Shown here one piece after another: positions 31,462 to 39,801 of a stretch of DNA of 64,000 nucleotides. The notes under the pieces are model-generated. The model was not told the origin of the DNA. It saw only the letters and a program-made list of their open reading frames with translations, and ran no database searches. How positions within the stretch are numbered: the stretch's first letter is position 1; every line of letters starts with the position of its first letter. Position numbers and translations under genes: made by a program. This DNA is from Verrucomicrobia bacterium UBA3783. GTDB lineage: Bacteria; Verrucomicrobiota; Kiritimatiellia; RFP12; UBA1067. The stretch spans positions 6,586 to 70,585 of the forward strand of contig DFFF01000024.1 in assembly GCA_002369235.1 (NCBI GenBank), given 5' to 3'.

Positions 31462-33939
31462 TTAGATATGACCGCGCTTGATGATGATTGCCAATACCGC
31501 GACGTCGGCCGGGTTGACGCCGGGGATCCGGGCGGCTTGGGCGAGAGTTTCGGGGCGGTGCTTTTTAAGCTTTTCCCGCGATTCATAACGCACCATATTG
31601 AGTTTGTCGTAATCAAGCCACCGCGGAATCGCGATCTGCTCGTCCTTCTTCGCCCGCTCCGACGCCTTTTTCTCCTGCTCGATATAAGGTAGATAATGAC
31701 GCATAATAGAAACCTGTTTTGCCGCCTCGTTGTGGATATATCCGCCATCACCGGATTCGACCGCTTCGCCCGATTCCATCATCCGCGCAATCTCCGAGAT
31801 TATGGCGCGGGTTTCGGTGCGGAATTGCTCCGATTTGATTTTCGCGGCGTCCGCGGCGTCCGCCAAGCGGTATCTGGCGTTGTCCTGTCGCAGGATAAGC
31901 CGGCGCTCGGCGCGGCTGGTGAACATCCGGTAGGGTTCATCGGTGCCCTTGGTGACCAGGTCGTCGATCATTACCCCAATGTAGGCGTCTTGTCGGCTCA
32001 ACACGAGCGGCGGCAGGTTGTCGGCTTTTCTGGCGGCATTGATGCCGGCCATGATTCCTTGTGCCGCCGCTTCCTCGTATCCGGTCGTGCCGTTGATTTG
32101 TCCGGCAAAGAAGAGATTGTCGATCCGTTTTGCCTCCAATGAATGCTTGAGTTCGCGGGAATCGATAGCGTCATACTCGATGGCATACGCATATGCCAGG
32201 AACTCCGCGTGTTCGAGCCCCGGAACCGAGCGCACCATTTTTTCCTGCACTTCGCGTGGCAGCGAGCAGCTTAGACCGTTAGGGTAGATGATTTTGCCGT
32301 CGGAGTCCTCCGGCTCCAGCATGACATGATGGCCTTGGGCATCGGGGAAGCGGACGATTTTATCTTCGATGCTGGGGCAATATCTGACCCCAGTCCCTAC
32401 AATTGCGCCGCCATAGAGCGAGGATTTTGCCAGATTTTGGCGGATTATGGCGTGCGTTTCGGGGGTCGTGTGGGTGAGATAACAGGGCAATTCTTTAAAA
32501 ATGTTCCACGTGGAACAGTCGGGTGGGGGCGGCAGTCCGGGACTTTTTACCCCAACCTCTGGACTTTGCGCCGCACTTTCCAGCTCTTGCGCCGCACTTT
32601 CCAGCTTTTGCGCCGCGCCTTCTGGCTTTTGCACCGTGCCTTCCGCCGCATTTACCGCGCTTTCCGCCGCATTTACCGCGCTTTCCGGCTTTTGCACCGT
32701 GCCTTCCGGCGCATTTACCGCACTCTCCGGCGCATTTACCGCGCCTTCCGGCCGATTGCCACCCTCTGTGGCAGTCGACCCGAAAGTCTCTCTGCGCACT
32801 CTGCGACTCTGCGACTCTGCGTTTAAAAAGCCAATGGCAGGCGCAAGCGCGTCTGGCGGTTCGCAATCCGGCCATTGATGTTCCACGTGGAACAATGTGG
32901 TTTGTGGATTGCAAGACCGGGGGTTGTTAGCCGGGAGATTGCGGTGTTCCACGTGGAACAATGGGCGCGGTTGCTCGCCGGACTGTGGGTTGGTAGCCGG
33001 GAGACTACGGTGTTCCACGTGGAACAATGGGCGCGGTTGCTCGCCCGGCTGGGGCTCGCACTTTGCGAAATCGCAGGATGCGGCGGTGAGCCGGGGCGGA
33101 GTGCCGGTCTTGAGTCGGATCAGTTCAAACCCAAGATCCGACAATGATTTGCTGAGTTCATTGACGGCCGGGCGTCCATCGCCGCCCGATTCGATACACT
33201 CTTGCCCTATCCATACCCTGCCGCGCAGGCTGGTTCCGGCGGTGATGACAATCGATTTTGCATGGATTTCGCCGTTTTTCGCGGTCAGAATCCCGGCAGC
33301 GACCGGATTTTCCGGTGTCATTTCCGGCTCTGCGGCGCAGGCGGCGAGGCTTGCGGCGTTGGTTTCGGGACTGGAAACTTGGGTTTCATTTGATGTTGCG
33401 GCGCAGGATCCGCCGGTGCTTGCGCGGGTTTCCGGGGCTGGAACTTGCGGCGGATTGGCGTCAAAACCGGTGATGCCGCCGCTCTCGGTGGCGGTCGACT
33501 CGTCACCCGGAAGCGGGAATTCCCGATCCTTCTGTCCGTTTGGGCTGCCGGAGGTCAGGATCGCGATGGCGGCGTCTTCAAGGACGGTGAGGTTCGGTTC
33601 GGCGTCGATTACCGCCTGCATGCGCTTGGCGTAGGCAAGCTTGTCGCACTGGGTGCGGGTGGCGTGGACGGCACAGCCTTTGGAGCGGTTCAGAATCTTG
33701 CTCTGGAGCGCGGTCGCGTCGGCGTTTTTCCCCATTTCGCCGCCCAAGGCATCGAGCTCGTGGACGAGGTGGCTTTTGGCGAGTCCGCCGATCGACGGGT
33801 TGCACGGCATCCTGCCGATTGCGTCGCGTCTGGCGGTGACGAGCAGGGTCTTTTTGCCCATTCTGGCCGACGCCAGGGACGCTTCGCACCCCGCGTGGCC
33901 GCCGCCAACCACAATAACATCAAAATCTGTCGCTTTCAT
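31462..33939 (-). CDS. mnmG: tRNA uridine-5-carboxymethylaminomethyl modification enzyme MnmG (GidA), expanded to 825 aa by two in-frame low-complexity insertions
   Basis: It has the FAD motif [22 protein letters not shown], then [39 protein letters not shown]..., and the C-terminal [26 protein letters not shown]. Insertions lie at about aa 128-216 and about aa 311-483 relative to recalled E. coli MnmG (~630 aa). Confidence 0.9.
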   Translation of the reverse strand: MKATDFDVIVVGGGHAGCEASLASARMGKKTLLVTARRDAIGRMPCNPSIGGLAKSHLVHELDALGGEMGKNADATALQSKILNRSKGCAVHATRTQCDKLAYAKRMQAVIDAEPNLTVLEDAAIAILTSGSPNGQKDREFPLPGDESTATESGGITGFDANPPQVPAPETRASTGGSCAATSNETQVSSPETNAASLAACAAEPEMTPENPVAAGILTAKNGEIHAKSIVITAGTSLRGRVWIGQECIESGGDGRPAVNELSKSLSDLGFELIRLKTGTPPRLTAASCDFAKCEPQPGEQPRPLFHVEHRSLPATNPQSGEQPRPLFHVEHRNLPANNPRSCNPQTTLFHVEHQWPDCEPPDALAPAIGFLNAESQSRRVRRETFGSTATEGGNRPEGAVNAPESAVNAPEGTVQKPESAVNAAESAVNAAEGTVQKPEGAAQKLESAAQELESAAQSPEVGVKSPGLPPPPDCSTWNIFKELPCYLTHTTPETHAIIRQNLAKSSLYGGAIVGTGVRYCPSIEDKIVRFPDAQGHHVMLEPEDSDGKIIYPNGLSCSLPREVQEKMVRSVPGLEHAEFLAYAYAIEYDAIDSRELKHSLEAKRIDNLFFAGQINGTTGYEEAAAQGIMAGINAARKADNLPPLVLSRQDAYIGVMIDDLVTKGTDEPYRMFTSRAERRLILRQDNARYRLADAADAAKIKSEQFRTETRAIISEIARMMESGEAVESGDGGYIHNEAAKQVSIMRHYLPYIEQEKKASERAKKDEQIAIPRWLDYDKLNMVRYESREKLKKHRPETLAQAARIPGVNPADVAVLAIIIKRGHI
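32502..32517. other. parS-type centromere site, perfect 16-bp palindrome TGTTCCACGTGGAACA
   Basis: It is an exact palindrome whose half-site TGTTCCAC matches the canonical ParB/Spo0J site TGTTNCACGTGAAACA. Within mnmG it is read as ...CSTWN... Confidence 0.75.
32549..32758. repeat. About ten tandem 21-bp coding repeats (heptapeptide PE[GS]A[VA][NQ][AK] units) inside mnmG
   Basis: Nine full units run from 32570 to 32758 at exact 21-bp steps, plus a degenerate unit at 32549-32569. On the minus strand they translate as [63 protein letters not shown]. Confidence 0.9.
32879..32894. other. parS-type site TGTTCCACGTGGAACA (copy 2)
   Basis: Exact 16-bp palindrome, encoded in mnmG as LFHVEH. Confidence 0.75.
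32945..32960. other. parS-type site TGTTCCACGTGGAACA (copy 3)
   Basis: Exact 16-bp palindrome, encoded as LFHVEH. Confidence 0.75.
33011..33026. other. parS-type site TGTTCCACGTGGAACA (copy 4)
   Basis: Exact 16-bp palindrome, encoded as LFHVEH. This copy coincides with the conserved MnmG P-x-F-S-F loop position. Confidence 0.75.
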
Positions 33940-34130
33940 TCGTTTATCTACAATTTTTTCTCTGTGTGTTATGCGATATTACAAAATGTGAAATATTCAA
34001 AAATCCCAATAAATACGCATATTTCACACACATTTTGCAGTTGTCAAGATGAAAAATATTAACGGATGTAAACATTTGTCAACGAGTTGTCAACGGGGTT
34101 GAAAAGCGCTTTTCGGGCGGCAAAAAATGC
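33940..34130. other. AT-rich 190-bp spacer upstream of mnmG with DnaA-box-like sites and a long inverted repeat (candidate unwinding/oriC module)
   Basis: TTATCTACA lies at 33944-33952. TTGTCAACG occurs twice, 11 bp apart (34076-34084 and 34087-34095). The inverted repeat TGTGAAATAT (33987-33996) / ATATTTCACA (34019-34028) has extended A-rich flanks. Confidence 0.4.
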
Positions 34131-34988
34131 TCATTTGCCGTCGAAAATCCGCAGAATCGCCGGGGTGACGTCGGCGAGGGAGGCTACTTGGTCGCGGAGC
34201 TCCTGTTCCTTGGGCCCGAAGGCGATAAAAGGAACCTCATTCAGGGTATGGCTTCGCGAGAGCATATCCTCGATATTGCCGTGGTCGGCGGTCATTACCA
34301 GGGTAATGCCGGAGACGGCGACGTAGCGCACGAGGGTGGTGAGGAACTGGTCGTAGACTCTCAAGACCTCGCAGGCGCGGGCGTAGTCCATGGAGTGGCC
34401 GCAGACGTCGGTCTGGAAAAACTCGAACAGGGTGAAGTCGTTTTCCTGGGCGATGGCGATAAGGTTTTCGGCGGCGCGCTGGGGGGAGACGACGGGGATG
34501 TCCGGGAAGCGGTCCTGGATGGTCTCGCGCGTGAGGTCCTGGTAGACGGCCTTGCCGGCGGCCAGATCGTCGGAGGTGGCGATGGACTTAGGCAGCGTGA
34601 GGGCCATGACGGTAGTCACGCTTTTGAAGCGGTGGAGGGCGAGTTCGTCTACCGAGCTCACGAGATAGCCGTCGGCGAAGCGGACTTTTTTGCCGCGCCG
34701 GTCGAGTTGGAGGAAGATGTTGTTCTGCTCCACGATATCGCGCAGGGCGGGACCCGGGAAGCCTTCGCAGTGTTTGCCCATTGCGGCGGCGCAATTGACG
34801 CCGGTGAACATGGTGGCCTGGCCGGTTGCGCTTTGGGGGATGCCGTCGACGCCGAGGCATGCGTCGATGGGCTTGGAGTGCGCCGCGATCAGCCGGCACA
34901 GCGCAGGGCAGACCTCCGGGTTCACGGGGTTGTCGGCGGACGCTGGGGCGAGCCCCACGCCGTCGATGAACAGAAATATCATCCTCAT
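34131..34988 (-). CDS. Alkaline-phosphatase-superfamily metalloenzyme (phosphomutase-like core; iPGM/phosphopentomutase-related)
   Basis: 285 aa. N-terminal MIFLFIDGVGLA and C-terminal LVMTADHGNIEDM are the metal-binding blocks of the Metalloenzyme family. Confidence 0.6.
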   Translation of the reverse strand: MRMIFLFIDGVGLAPASADNPVNPEVCPALCRLIAAHSKPIDACLGVDGIPQSATGQATMFTGVNCAAAMGKHCEGFPGPALRDIVEQNNIFLQLDRRGKKVRFADGYLVSSVDELALHRFKSVTTVMALTLPKSIATSDDLAAGKAVYQDLTRETIQDRFPDIPVVSPQRAAENLIAIAQENDFTLFEFFQTDVCGHSMDYARACEVLRVYDQFLTTLVRYVAVSGITLVMTADHGNIEDMLSRSHTLNEVPFIAFGPKEQELRDQVASLADVTPAILRIFDGK

Positions 34989-34996
34989 TAAGAGGT

Positions 34997-35005
34997 ATTA
35001 TACCA
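34997..35005 (-). promoter_or_regulatory. Extended -10 element TGGTATAAT only 8 nt upstream of the ATG at 34988 (probable leaderless mRNA)
   Basis: The minus strand reads CAATTTTTGGTATAATACCTCTTAATGAGG. There is no room for a Shine-Dalgarno sequence. Confidence 0.45.
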
Positions 35006-35123
35006 AAAATTGCGCTGAAAGACAAGAGGCGGCGGGCGGGGTGCGGGCGGTGTGCGCGGCCTGGCGGGACGGCTGGCGGCGGGAACTGGCGGCGGGAAAT
35101 CGCTTGCAATCAAAGGTGATTTT

Positions 35124-35132
35124 TGCTATAAT
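35124..35132 (+). promoter_or_regulatory. Extended -10 element TGCTATAAT for the gspF-pilin-polA transcription unit
   Basis: The plus strand reads GTGATTTTTGCTATAATACA, 32 nt upstream of the gspF ATG (AAGGTGGA RBS). It is divergent from the 34997-35005 element. Confidence 0.5.
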
Positions 35133-35164
35133 ACAATCAAACTTGTCAATAAGGTGGACACAAA

Positions 35165-36478
35165 ATGGCGACATTCCAATATATCGCGAAGGATGCATCT
35201 GGACAGGAGACCCGCGGGGTGGTGGAGGCTGGCGACCGCGCCGGGGCGATTGCGTCGGTTCGCGCGATGGGGCTTATTCCGACCGCGCTTGGCGAAGTGA
35301 AGGGCGGCGGCGCACCGGCGCCGGCGAAGAAGGGCGCGAAGGCGCCGGCTCCCGCGAAGAAGAAGGGCAGTGCGCTCAACAAGGACATCAAGATCAACAT
35401 CAAGATGCCCAAGTTCCTTCAGGGCAAGATCAAGACTCCGGTGCTGACGCAGTTTACGCGCCAGCTGGCGACGCTGGTGAACGCGGGGCTGCCGCTGATG
35501 CGCGGCATCGACGTCTTGAAGCGCCAGATGAAAGATCCGCAGATGCTCGACGCGCTGGGCGGCATTTCCGAGAATATCGCCGCCGGCGGCACGTTCTCGG
35601 AAGCGCTCACGCTCTATCCGAAGATTTTCGACAAGCTCTACGTCAACATGGTGAAGGCGGGCGAAGCGGGCGGCGTTCTGGAAGTGGTGCTCGGCCGCCT
35701 TGCCGAATTCGCCGAAAAGAGCGAGAAGATCAAGAACAAGGTCAAGGGCGCGATGATCTATCCGATCGTCGTCTTGTTCGCCGCCGTGGGCATTACCGGG
35801 TTTTTGCTGGTCGCGGTCATCCCGAAGTTCAAGCAGGTGTTCGCGGACATGCTCGGCGGCGCGTCGCTCCCGGCGATCACCGAGGCGGTGATCCAGGCTT
35901 CGGAGTGGGTGCAGCACAACGGGCTTACGATCGTCGTCGCGGTCGTGGCGCTCACCGTCATCAAGAAGGTGATCGGCAAGACCGAGAAGGGCGCCTACCT
36001 CTACGACGTGTTGGCGCTCAAGATGCCGGTCACGGGAACTTTGGTGCAGCGCACGGCGGTTTCGCGGGTGACGCGCACTCTGGGCACGCTCCTTTCCTCC
36101 GGCGTGCCGATCCTCCAGTCGCTCGTGATCGTGCGCGACACGACGGGCAACCGCGTCGTCTCCAAGGCCTTGCAGGACGTGCATGACGCGGTGAAGGAAG
36201 GCGAAGGCATGACCGGTCCGCTCTCGCAGTGCAAGGTGTTTCCGCCGATGGTCGTTTCGATGGTGGAGGTCGGCGAAGAGACGGGTGCGCTGGCGGACAT
36301 GCTCACGCGCATCGCCAATACCTACGACGACGAGGTGGACAACGCCGTCGCGGGCATGACGGCGGCGATCGAGCCGGCGCTCATCATCGTCCTCGCGGTG
36401 GTCGTGGGCACGATCGTGATCGCCATGTTCCTGCCGATGATCAAGATCATTTCGTCCGTATCGGGAGCCGGCGCCTAA
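35165..36478 (+). CDS. gspF: Type II secretion / type IV pilus platform protein (GspF/PilC family)
   Basis: 437 aa with two GspF-type repeats (...LTQFTRQLATLVNAGLPLMRGIDVL... and ...VSRVTRTLGTLLSSGVPILQSLVIV...) and 3 TM segments. A Lys/Ala/Pro-rich insertion lies near the N-terminus. Confidence 0.85.
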   Translation: MATFQYIAKDASGQETRGVVEAGDRAGAIASVRAMGLIPTALGEVKGGGAPAPAKKGAKAPAPAKKKGSALNKDIKINIKMPKFLQGKIKTPVLTQFTRQLATLVNAGLPLMRGIDVLKRQMKDPQMLDALGGISENIAAGGTFSEALTLYPKIFDKLYVNMVKAGEAGGVLEVVLGRLAEFAEKSEKIKNKVKGAMIYPIVVLFAAVGITGFLLVAVIPKFKQVFADMLGGASLPAITEAVIQASEWVQHNGLTIVVAVVALTVIKKVIGKTEKGAYLYDVLALKMPVTGTLVQRTAVSRVTRTLGTLLSSGVPILQSLVIVRDTTGNRVVSKALQDVHDAVKEGEGMTGPLSQCKVFPPMVVSMVEVGEETGALADMLTRIANTYDDEVDNAVAGMTAAIEPALIIVLAVVVGTIVIAMFLPMIKIISSVSGAGA

Positions 36479-36479
36479 G

Positions 36480-37748
36480 ATGAAAAAAGGCTTTACGCTC
36501 ATCGAGATGCTCATCGTCGTGGCCGTCCTCGTGACGCTCATGACGATGGTGTTCCGCTTGAGTTCGGTGGGCAGCACGTCGGCCGCGAAGAATACGACGA
36601 TCGCGCGGCTGCAGCGTCTGGAGAACTGCCTTTCCGGGTATTACGCGGCGTTCGGGTCGTATCCGCCGGTGAAGCTGCACGGTACGCGCAACATTTATGC
36701 GAAGACGAGCACCCACGGCATCCAGTCGATGAACGAAGGCGACCAGGACAACTCGTCGATCTGGGGGTGGGATCCGGACAAGATGAGGGCGGGCACGGCG
36801 AGCGCGTCCGACCAGACGGCCGAGGCGGCGGCGTGGCGGCAGGTGAATGCGGCGTGCAGATCCCAGCCGGTGGACATGGCCTTCCCCTGCACCAGTCAGA
36901 TGGCCGAGATCTTCGAGGCGCTTTCGGACGGACTCAAGGAGCTGGCCAACAGCGACGAATACCGCGAGACTTTGGAGCGGCAGGGTCTTTACGAGATGTT
37001 CAACGCCGGCTTCACCGATTCCGGCAACAGCGACATCATCGGCCGCTTCAATCCCTACCGCGACGAGGCGGAGTGGTCGGACGTGCAGATTTTCAAGTTC
37101 GGGCTCATGAGCTATCTGCTGCCCCGTTATCTGGTGATGGTCAACGGCCACGACTCGTTCTACCGCTCGTATGCGCAGTGGACCGAAAACAACTCTGCCC
37201 CGCGCAGCCCGATGGACGGGCGAACCAGGCTCGATTGGGTGTCTGACGTGAAGAACCAGGTTGAGAAATACAATCGCTCGGACAATCCCAATCCTTCCGA
37301 CATCATCGAGGTCGCGAACCTGCCTTCCCAGGCGGTGTGCGCCAGGTGGATCCCGAATCTGGAATCGATGTGCGCGGTCGGCAGCGGCATGGAACTCAAG
37401 CTCTTCGGCATCAATGTGACCGACTACAGCCAGAGCGTGCTTGCGTATGTAGGCCAGGGTGAATGCCTGTGGATGATGAAGGATTTGATTTTCTCGCCTG
37501 GTTCCTACGACGACGACTCCACCTCCTACCAATACGTGCTGGACAACGTGACGGTGAAGGACGGGTGGTGGAACACCGTCTACTACTATTCGCCGCCGCC
37601 CTACCAGAGCTACGTCTTGTGGTCCGCCGGTCCCAACGGGCGGACGTTCCCGCCGTGGGTGCCGCTAGATTCTTCGGACCTCTCGTCCTCGGCGCGCAAG
37701 TGCATCGGATACTGGATCGAGGATGATATCGTCAACCTTTCCAACTAA
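36480..37748 (+). CDS. Large prepilin-type (pseudo)pilin, GspG-like core with a ~250-aa insertion
   Basis: It has the N-terminal cleavage/methylation motif MKKGFTLIEMLIVVAVLVTL. The C-terminal DGWWNTVYYYSPPPYQSYVLWSAGPNG resembles the GspG D-P-W-G...S-x-G-x-D-G block; 422 aa. Confidence 0.7.
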   Translation: MKKGFTLIEMLIVVAVLVTLMTMVFRLSSVGSTSAAKNTTIARLQRLENCLSGYYAAFGSYPPVKLHGTRNIYAKTSTHGIQSMNEGDQDNSSIWGWDPDKMRAGTASASDQTAEAAAWRQVNAACRSQPVDMAFPCTSQMAEIFEALSDGLKELANSDEYRETLERQGLYEMFNAGFTDSGNSDIIGRFNPYRDEAEWSDVQIFKFGLMSYLLPRYLVMVNGHDSFYRSYAQWTENNSAPRSPMDGRTRLDWVSDVKNQVEKYNRSDNPNPSDIIEVANLPSQAVCARWIPNLESMCAVGSGMELKLFGINVTDYSQSVLAYVGQGECLWMMKDLIFSPGSYDDDSTSYQYVLDNVTVKDGWWNTVYYYSPPPYQSYVLWSAGPNGRTFPPWVPLDSSDLSSSARKCIGYWIEDDIVNLSN

Positions 37749-37758
37749 AGGAGCAGAC

Positions 37759-38358
37759 ATGCAAAAAGGATTTACTCTTGTCGAGATGCTGGTGGTGATC
37801 GGGATCATCGCGGTTCTGACCGGTGCGTCGATCGCGGGCTTTTCGAAGATGCGCGCGACGGCGGAGCGCGCCAAGGCGCAGGAGTTGGTTTCGAACACCG
37901 CGACGGCGCTCTCGGCGATTTTGCAGGAGAAGGGTTTCTGGCCCAAGCGGCTTTTGGAGGAGGCGGCGAGCGGCGACGGCCGGCTCGAGGCGACGGCGGC
38001 GTTCGCGCTCAGAAACCATTTGTCGCTCAACAACAACGGCTCGGTGTTGATCGGACTCGACCGGCTCGGGGTTTTCGACAGCTGGGGGGCGGCGACCATA
38101 AAGGCGCGCGGCAGTTCAGCATCGCTTTCGAGCCCGGTGGGCACCGGCGGCACGCTCGAGGACCATATTCTCCATTTTGCAATCGACCTTGACGACGATG
38201 GCTTCACCGAGGCGAGCGTGGGCGGCGAAAGTCTGAAGATCCGCGCGACGGCGGCCGTGTGGTGCGCCGGCAAGGACGGCAAGCTGTCCGGCTACAAAGC
38301 GGGGCTCAAGGGCGACGACATCTATTCATGGTCGAGGGGGCAGGTGGCCAATGACTAA
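37759..38358 (+). CDS. Prepilin-type N-terminal methylation-domain (pseudo)pilin
   Basis: The ATG at 37759 has AAAGGAG upstream. MQKGFTLVEMLVVIGIIAVLTG is present; 199 aa. Confidence 0.75.
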   Translation: MQKGFTLVEMLVVIGIIAVLTGASIAGFSKMRATAERAKAQELVSNTATALSAILQEKGFWPKRLLEEAASGDGRLEATAAFALRNHLSLNNNGSVLIGLDRLGVFDSWGAATIKARGSSASLSSPVGTGGTLEDHILHFAIDLDDDGFTEASVGGESLKIRATAAVWCAGKDGKLSGYKAGLKGDDIYSWSRGQVAND

Positions 38359-38917
38359 GCGGACGCGAGCGGGCTTCACGATCGTGGAGCTGATGATGGT
38401 CGTCGGGATCATAGCGGTCCTGATGACGATCGTCACCACGGCGGCGGGCGGCGCGATCAAGTCGGCGCGCGCCCACAAGGGCGATGCGCTCGTCGCCATG
38501 ATCCAGGTGGGGCTCAACACCTACTACGCCCAGAAGGAAGAATGGCCGGGAAGCTTCGGGAACAAGGTCGCCGGCGGCATCACGAGCAACATCAACGGCG
38601 ACGACGACAACTATCTGCTATCGACTTCCGAGGCCGACGAATGCATCGCGGAGATGGTGAGGGAGTCGGTGCACGGCAATCCGCTTCTGGACGTCACCGG
38701 GCTTTTCGTGTGCCGGAGTTCGATGGCGAATTCCGACAAGGCGGTGGGGATGGACTTCATGGACGCGGTGCACGGCACGAAGCGCAGCCCCAAGAAGATG
38801 AAGCTGGCGGAGATGGCCTTCGGGTATCCGCGCGCGAGCGACGGCAGATTCCGCAGGTTCAGGATCACCTATTCGATTCCGGCGGACACGATAACGGTGG
38901 CGAAGCAAGACAACTGA
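38351..38917 (+). CDS. Prepilin-type (pseudo)pilin
   Basis: MTKRTRAGFTIVELMMVVGIIAVL is present; 188 aa. It overlaps the upstream gene by 8 nt. Confidence 0.75.
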   Translation: MTKRTRAGFTIVELMMVVGIIAVLMTIVTTAAGGAIKSARAHKGDALVAMIQVGLNTYYAQKEEWPGSFGNKVAGGITSNINGDDDNYLLSTSEADECIAEMVRESVHGNPLLDVTGLFVCRSSMANSDKAVGMDFMDAVHGTKRSPKKMKLAEMAFGYPRASDGRFRRFRITYSIPADTITVAKQDN

Positions 38918-38924
38918 ACGGAAA

Positions 38925-39800
38925 ATGAAACGCGCATTCACACTACTTGAACTTCTGGTCGTGATCGGCATCATGGGTCTCTTGGGCACGGTGTCGATCG
39001 GCGGATACAGGGCGGTGACGCGGGGCATGGAGGAGCGCGGCGCGGTGGACAATGCCAGCCGCTTCATCCATGCGGCGTTCCAGCGCGCGATGATCGACCG
39101 CGCGCCGGTGATCGTGTTCTACTGGAACGAGACGATCAAGGAAGAGGACGATGAAAATCCCGCGGTGGTCGTGGGCAAGGCGATTGCGGTCAGGCGCGCG
39201 GGCAGGATTTCGCTCGCCCGGCCGCCGTATCTCTACGACGAATTTGCGGATTTGAACCTCACCTACGCCGTCCAAGGCGAGGAGGGAGCCTCGGCCAATG
39301 CATCGACCGGCATGTACCTTTATCAGATGAGCGACATTTCCGACACCGCCAAGAAGCGCTCGCGCGTGAAAGACAGTGTATACGCGCAGGAAGTGGACGA
39401 GGTATATCTCCAGGATCCCTACGGCAACCAGGAGGCGGAGACGGCGCAGGCGAACGGGCTGCCGGTGCCGACCGATCCTGCAATCCACATGTATGGATTC
39501 GAGATCGTCGATCGCGGCGGCGTGGATTGGCGGAACGGCGATGCGTACGGATTCGAGTTCCAGACGCTCACCTTGCCGCACAACTATATCTTCGGGTCTG
39601 AGTTCAGCCGGACGATGTCCAATCCCGTGACCGGCGAAAACAAGATTGTGTTCGGCGGCGGCGCCGGCGGCTACGCCAACCGCGGCGCGAACTCCAGCAG
39701 CGGGCGCGTCCAGATAAACGTCCTGAGGCCAAACGCGACCGGCGCGCTCACTCCCAAGGCGGTTGGCCAGACGGAAGATCCAACGAGGGGAGAGAACTGA
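38925..39800 (+). CDS. Prepilin-type minor pseudopilin (GspH-like position)
   Basis: MKRAFTLLELLVVIGIMGLLG is present; 291 aa. Confidence 0.7.
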   Translation: MKRAFTLLELLVVIGIMGLLGTVSIGGYRAVTRGMEERGAVDNASRFIHAAFQRAMIDRAPVIVFYWNETIKEEDDENPAVVVGKAIAVRRAGRISLARPPYLYDEFADLNLTYAVQGEEGASANASTGMYLYQMSDISDTAKKRSRVKDSVYAQEVDEVYLQDPYGNQEAETAQANGLPVPTDPAIHMYGFEIVDRGGVDWRNGDAYGFEFQTLTLPHNYIFGSEFSRTMSNPVTGENKIVFGGGAGGYANRGANSSSGRVQINVLRPNATGALTPKAVGQTEDPTRGEN

Positions 39801-39801
39801 A

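Larger units (their letters stand above)
32879..33045. repeat. 66-bp tandem coding duplication (about 2.5 copies), each copy starting with a parS palindrome
   Basis: parS starts at 32879, 32945 and 33011, exactly 66 bp apart. The protein repeat is [13 protein letters not shown][SN]LPA[TN]NP[QR]S (22 aa), with a third degenerate copy. Confidence 0.9.

Noticed and set aside
32326-33147. Plus-strand ORFs inside mnmG beginning MFHVEQ... or similar (32326-32826, 32501-32878, 32875-33147, 32897-33634)
   Set aside because: They arise because the palindromic parS reads FHVE on both strands. They are antisense to an intact mnmG and consist of repeat-derived low-complexity sequence.
35028-35097. G-run-rich tract at the strand-switch spacer as a G-quadruplex
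   Set aside because: Only three closely spaced G3+ runs are present (GGGCGGGGTGCGGG), and the next run is about 18 nt away. This is a weak match to a canonical four-tract G4 and may simply reflect high GC.
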